Of a stretch of 20,463 nucleotides of DNA, positions 17,891 through 20,463 are shown in pieces. The stretch lies in NCBI GenBank assembly GCA_034660555.1, contig JAYEJL010000031.1, forward strand, positions 1 to 20,463, written 5' to 3'. The position numbers and the translations under genes are program-made. The stretch is from Thermotogota bacterium (GTDB lineage Bacteria > Thermotogota > Thermotogae > Petrotogales > Kosmotogaceae). The notes under the pieces are model-generated. The model was not told the DNA's origin, did no database searches, and saw nothing but the letters and a program-made list of their open reading frames with translations. The first letter of the stretch is position 1; each line of letters opens with the position of its first letter.

Positions 17891-19639
17891 CTACTTTTCT
17901 AAATCTTCGGTAAGCTTCCCTGGTTCATCTCCAGGTTTAATCTTAAAGAATTTTCTTACTCCTTCAAATACTATTCCTACCACCAAAAGAATAACAATAG
18001 TATTAATTGTTATTAGAAGCAGGTTCATAGCATTTATAAAGTTCTGCTCGTTCAACAGTGTTGCCCAGAATGTCATAACTACCATAAAAAGAGCAGGAAT
18101 TCCGGAAACAAGCCATTTCAATCCACCCTTGTATTTTAGATAGATCGTAATCACTATTAATGTAAGCCCTGCAAGAGTCTGATTTACAGCCCCAAATAAA
18201 GGCCAAAGCGTAAGAGCACCTTTTCCCCCTGCACCTGTTGCAAATGCAAGAATTGCAGCTGTTAAAACAACAAAGAGTGTTGAGATGTATCTATTCTGGA
18301 ATATTTTTACTTTGATATCTGTGAATAATTCCGTAACAACATATCTTTGTATTCTTGTAGCAGTATCAAGGGTTGTACCCGCAAAAGACGCCACAAACAC
18401 TCCCATAATAGCAATTGCAAACTGTCTCGGGATTCCAAGTTTTGCTATAATGTTAGCCGAACCAACCACGAATGCACTAATTTTGGATCCCAGTCCGGCT
18501 GCAACTGCCCATGATGAATAGTGGGCTGTCCATGCAGCGGTGCCTGTTATCATTTCTCCTCCGGATTTATAACCTAATCCTATACCTGCCGCAACAGCAA
18601 TTACAGCAATAGTAGCAAGGGCACCTTCCATTAACATGGAACCGGCACCTACAAATAAAGAATCCTCTTCATTTGCCACCTGTTTAGCAGATGTTCCCGA
18701 GGATACAAGTGAGTGAAACCCGGATATCGCCCCACAAGCTATGGTAATAAATAAGAACGGCCACATTGGTGGTGCCTCCGCCGGAGTTAACTGTACTGCA
18801 GGAGCAACAATTTCAAGCCCTCCACTAGAAAATGATGCAGCAAATACTCCCAGTGTCAACAATCCCATAGCTACCAACAACTGGTGGGAATTTATAAAGT
18901 CTCTTGGCTGTAAGAGAGTTGTTACCGGTAAGATTGAAGCAATGAAAGCATAGATCAAAAGGATAATAACCCATACTCCTGTTGCCGGAATACCAAATAA
19001 TGCCAGCATATTAATGGGAATAAATACCCCAATAAAAACTGTTACATACATTACAATTAAAGCAAAAATAGACCAGGTAGTAGCATTTTTACCCTTTTTA
19101 TAAATCAAATACCCAAGAAATATCGCAATCGGAATTTCCATCCATACCGGAAAAACTGACTGCGGAAACATATCAAAAACAATTGCAATTACAAGTCCAA
19201 ATATCGCAACTACAATCCACAGTTCCAAAAATACTAAAATAAAAAAGAAAAACCTGGTTCTTGAATTAATATATCTTGAGGTGTATTCAGAAACTGATTT
19301 TCCTTTATTCCTCATGGATATAATCAATGAACCAAAGTCATGGGTAGCTCCCATAACTACTGAACCTACGAAGATCCAGATTAGAGCAGGAACCCATCCC
19401 CATATAATAGCTATTGCAGGTCCAACTATAGGGCCTGTACCAGCTATAGAGGTAAAATGGTGTCCAAAAATGATCTCTTTCCTGGTAGGTACATAATCAA
19501 TACCATCTTCATATTTTTTCGATGGAACTTCGCTGATTTTTGAAAGCTTAAATATCTTACTCCCGAGGAACTTATCGTAAAGTTTGTACATGACAATAAA
19601 GCCTACAAACACAGCAATCATGATAATTAATGCTTCCAT
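17891..19639 (-). CDS. cstA: Carbon starvation protein A family transporter
   Basis: DGIDYVPT, FGHHFTSIAGTGPIVGP, HDF, LLQPRDFIN, FITIACGAISGFHSLVSSGT, TTLDTATR and LWPLFGAVNQ; many TM segments; GAGGGG RBS. Confidence 0.95.
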   Translation of the reverse strand: MEALIIMIAVFVGFIVMYKLYDKFLGSKIFKLSKISEVPSKKYEDGIDYVPTRKEIIFGHHFTSIAGTGPIVGPAIAIIWGWVPALIWIFVGSVVMGATHDFGSLIISMRNKGKSVSEYTSRYINSRTRFFFFILVFLELWIVVAIFGLVIAIVFDMFPQSVFPVWMEIPIAIFLGYLIYKKGKNATTWSIFALIVMYVTVFIGVFIPINMLALFGIPATGVWVIILLIYAFIASILPVTTLLQPRDFINSHQLLVAMGLLTLGVFAASFSSGGLEIVAPAVQLTPAEAPPMWPFLFITIACGAISGFHSLVSSGTSAKQVANEEDSLFVGAGSMLMEGALATIAVIAVAAGIGLGYKSGGEMITGTAAWTAHYSSWAVAAGLGSKISAFVVGSANIIAKLGIPRQFAIAIMGVFVASFAGTTLDTATRIQRYVVTELFTDIKVKIFQNRYISTLFVVLTAAILAFATGAGGKGALTLWPLFGAVNQTLAGLTLIVITIYLKYKGGLKWLVSGIPALFMVVMTFWATLLNEQNFINAMNLLLITINTIVILLVVGIVFEGVRKFFKIKPGDEPGKLTEDLEK

Positions 19640-19671
19640 ATAACCCCCCTCCCCTCATTTATTGTTTTATT

Positions 19672-20336
19672 TGTAAGTCATTAACCTATGGGTAACGATT
19701 CTCACTTTAACCTCATATTTCTGTATATGAGGTTCAACATTTATTGGCGCAATGTTAACACATTTCTCTCTCGGTGTCAACCCGTCAATACTAAATTGCA
19801 TCCTGTACTTTCTAAACATGCGTAGATAATCCTTTAGGACCATCTCTCCATTCTTGTGGCAATCAAAGTGATACCTGTCGTGTAATTCATCATCTATGGT
19901 CCGAAAAAACTGTTCTACCTTGCCGTTAGTCTTCGGCCTGGCCACCTGGGTTCGTCTGTGTTTGATATCCAGTTTCTTGCAGCGCCTCTCGAAAGTATGT
20001 TTCTTTCTTTCACTTTCTGTATGATAGGTGTATTCTTTTCTGTTGTCGGAAAGGAGGTCTTCAAACTAGATATCATAATTGCGGTCAAACCACTTGGTTC
20101 CTCTTTAAAAGAAGTCTGCTGACGTCTTTGCCTTCTTGTTCGGTATTACTTCCACGTTTGGCAATTTCCTGATGTCGATAAGAGCTAACTCTCCCGTTTT
20201 TTCCTTCTCGTAGTGTACGGGCCCTTCTTTATCTTCTTTTTCGTACTTTGCCCCGCGTCTGTACCTTCCCCAGATGCAGCGTATACAGTATTGGGATTAA
20301 CTACACTTGCGCTTCAGGTAGACGCTAATGTGAAGC
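19672..20336 (-). mobile_element. IS481-family transposase pseudogene with right end, interrupted by IS21
   Basis: Minus frame HYEKEKTGELALIDIRKLPNVEVIPNKK...FF*...DI*FEDLLSDNRKEY...LDIKHRRTQVARPKTNGKVEQFFRTI...GLTP has two internal stops and an apparent deletion. It terminates ...ACTTACA at 19672. Confidence 0.8.
19752..19780 (-). promoter_or_regulatory. Candidate outward-facing promoter inside IS481, pointing at cstA
   Basis: Minus strand TTGACA (19780-19775), 17-nt spacer ending TGT, TAACAT (19757-19752). Confidence 0.5.
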
Positions 20337-20463
20337 TGTCGACCTCAATTGTAAAATGAGAAAAACATCAAAAAGAATTGTGAATAAACATCAGGGAAAA
20401 TTGTGAGTTAATATTTGGATATCTTAGAAAAGAATGGAGGTATCCGGATGTTAACCAAAGAAC
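20337..20463 (+). mobile_element. IS21-family left end and istA start, running off the window
   Basis: 127/127 nt identical to 14657-14783; TG terminus, subterminal repeats, RBS and ATG at 20448 (MLTKE). Confidence 0.75.

Noticed and set aside
557..19496. Numerous short antisense or overlapping ORFs in the ORF track (e.g. 557-748, 2252-2539, 11763-12092, 13086-13424, 14688-15107, 16358-16708, 18741-18953)
   Set aside because: They are shadows of well-supported genes or span IS junctions, with no recognisable motifs.

Overview
AT-rich bacterial chromosome segment whose gene content and signal peptides suggest Thermotogota (inference only). From left to right: (1) an internally deleted IS256-family remnant; (2) a minus-strand sugar-kinase cluster (PfkB, xylB, PfkB/fructokinase) divergent from a D-lyxose/D-mannose isomerase pseudogene with three lesions; (3) a zur-znuACB zinc-uptake operon with a sigma70 promoter and tandem palindromic operator boxes; (4) a BMP-family substrate-binding gene broken by a single in-frame TGA; (5) a six-gene YtrA/GntR operon with two ABC exporters and a secreted DUF3887-like alpha/beta hydrolase; (6) a nested stack of IS remnants (IS1634-like, IS21 left end, second IS1634-like, IS481 tail); (7) a four-gene operon of cstA, a 4-TM protein, a small acidic protein and a single-domain ArsA/GET3-like ATPase; (8) an IS481 pseudogene interrupted by a second, identical IS21 left end. 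The best candidate for an uncharacterised system is the CstA + ArsA/GET3-like operon. It lacks arsenic-resistance context, is bracketed by inward-facing IS481 ends and by direct IS21 ends, and may be transcribed from an IS-borne promoter. All family calls come from motif recognition by eye; no database searches were run.
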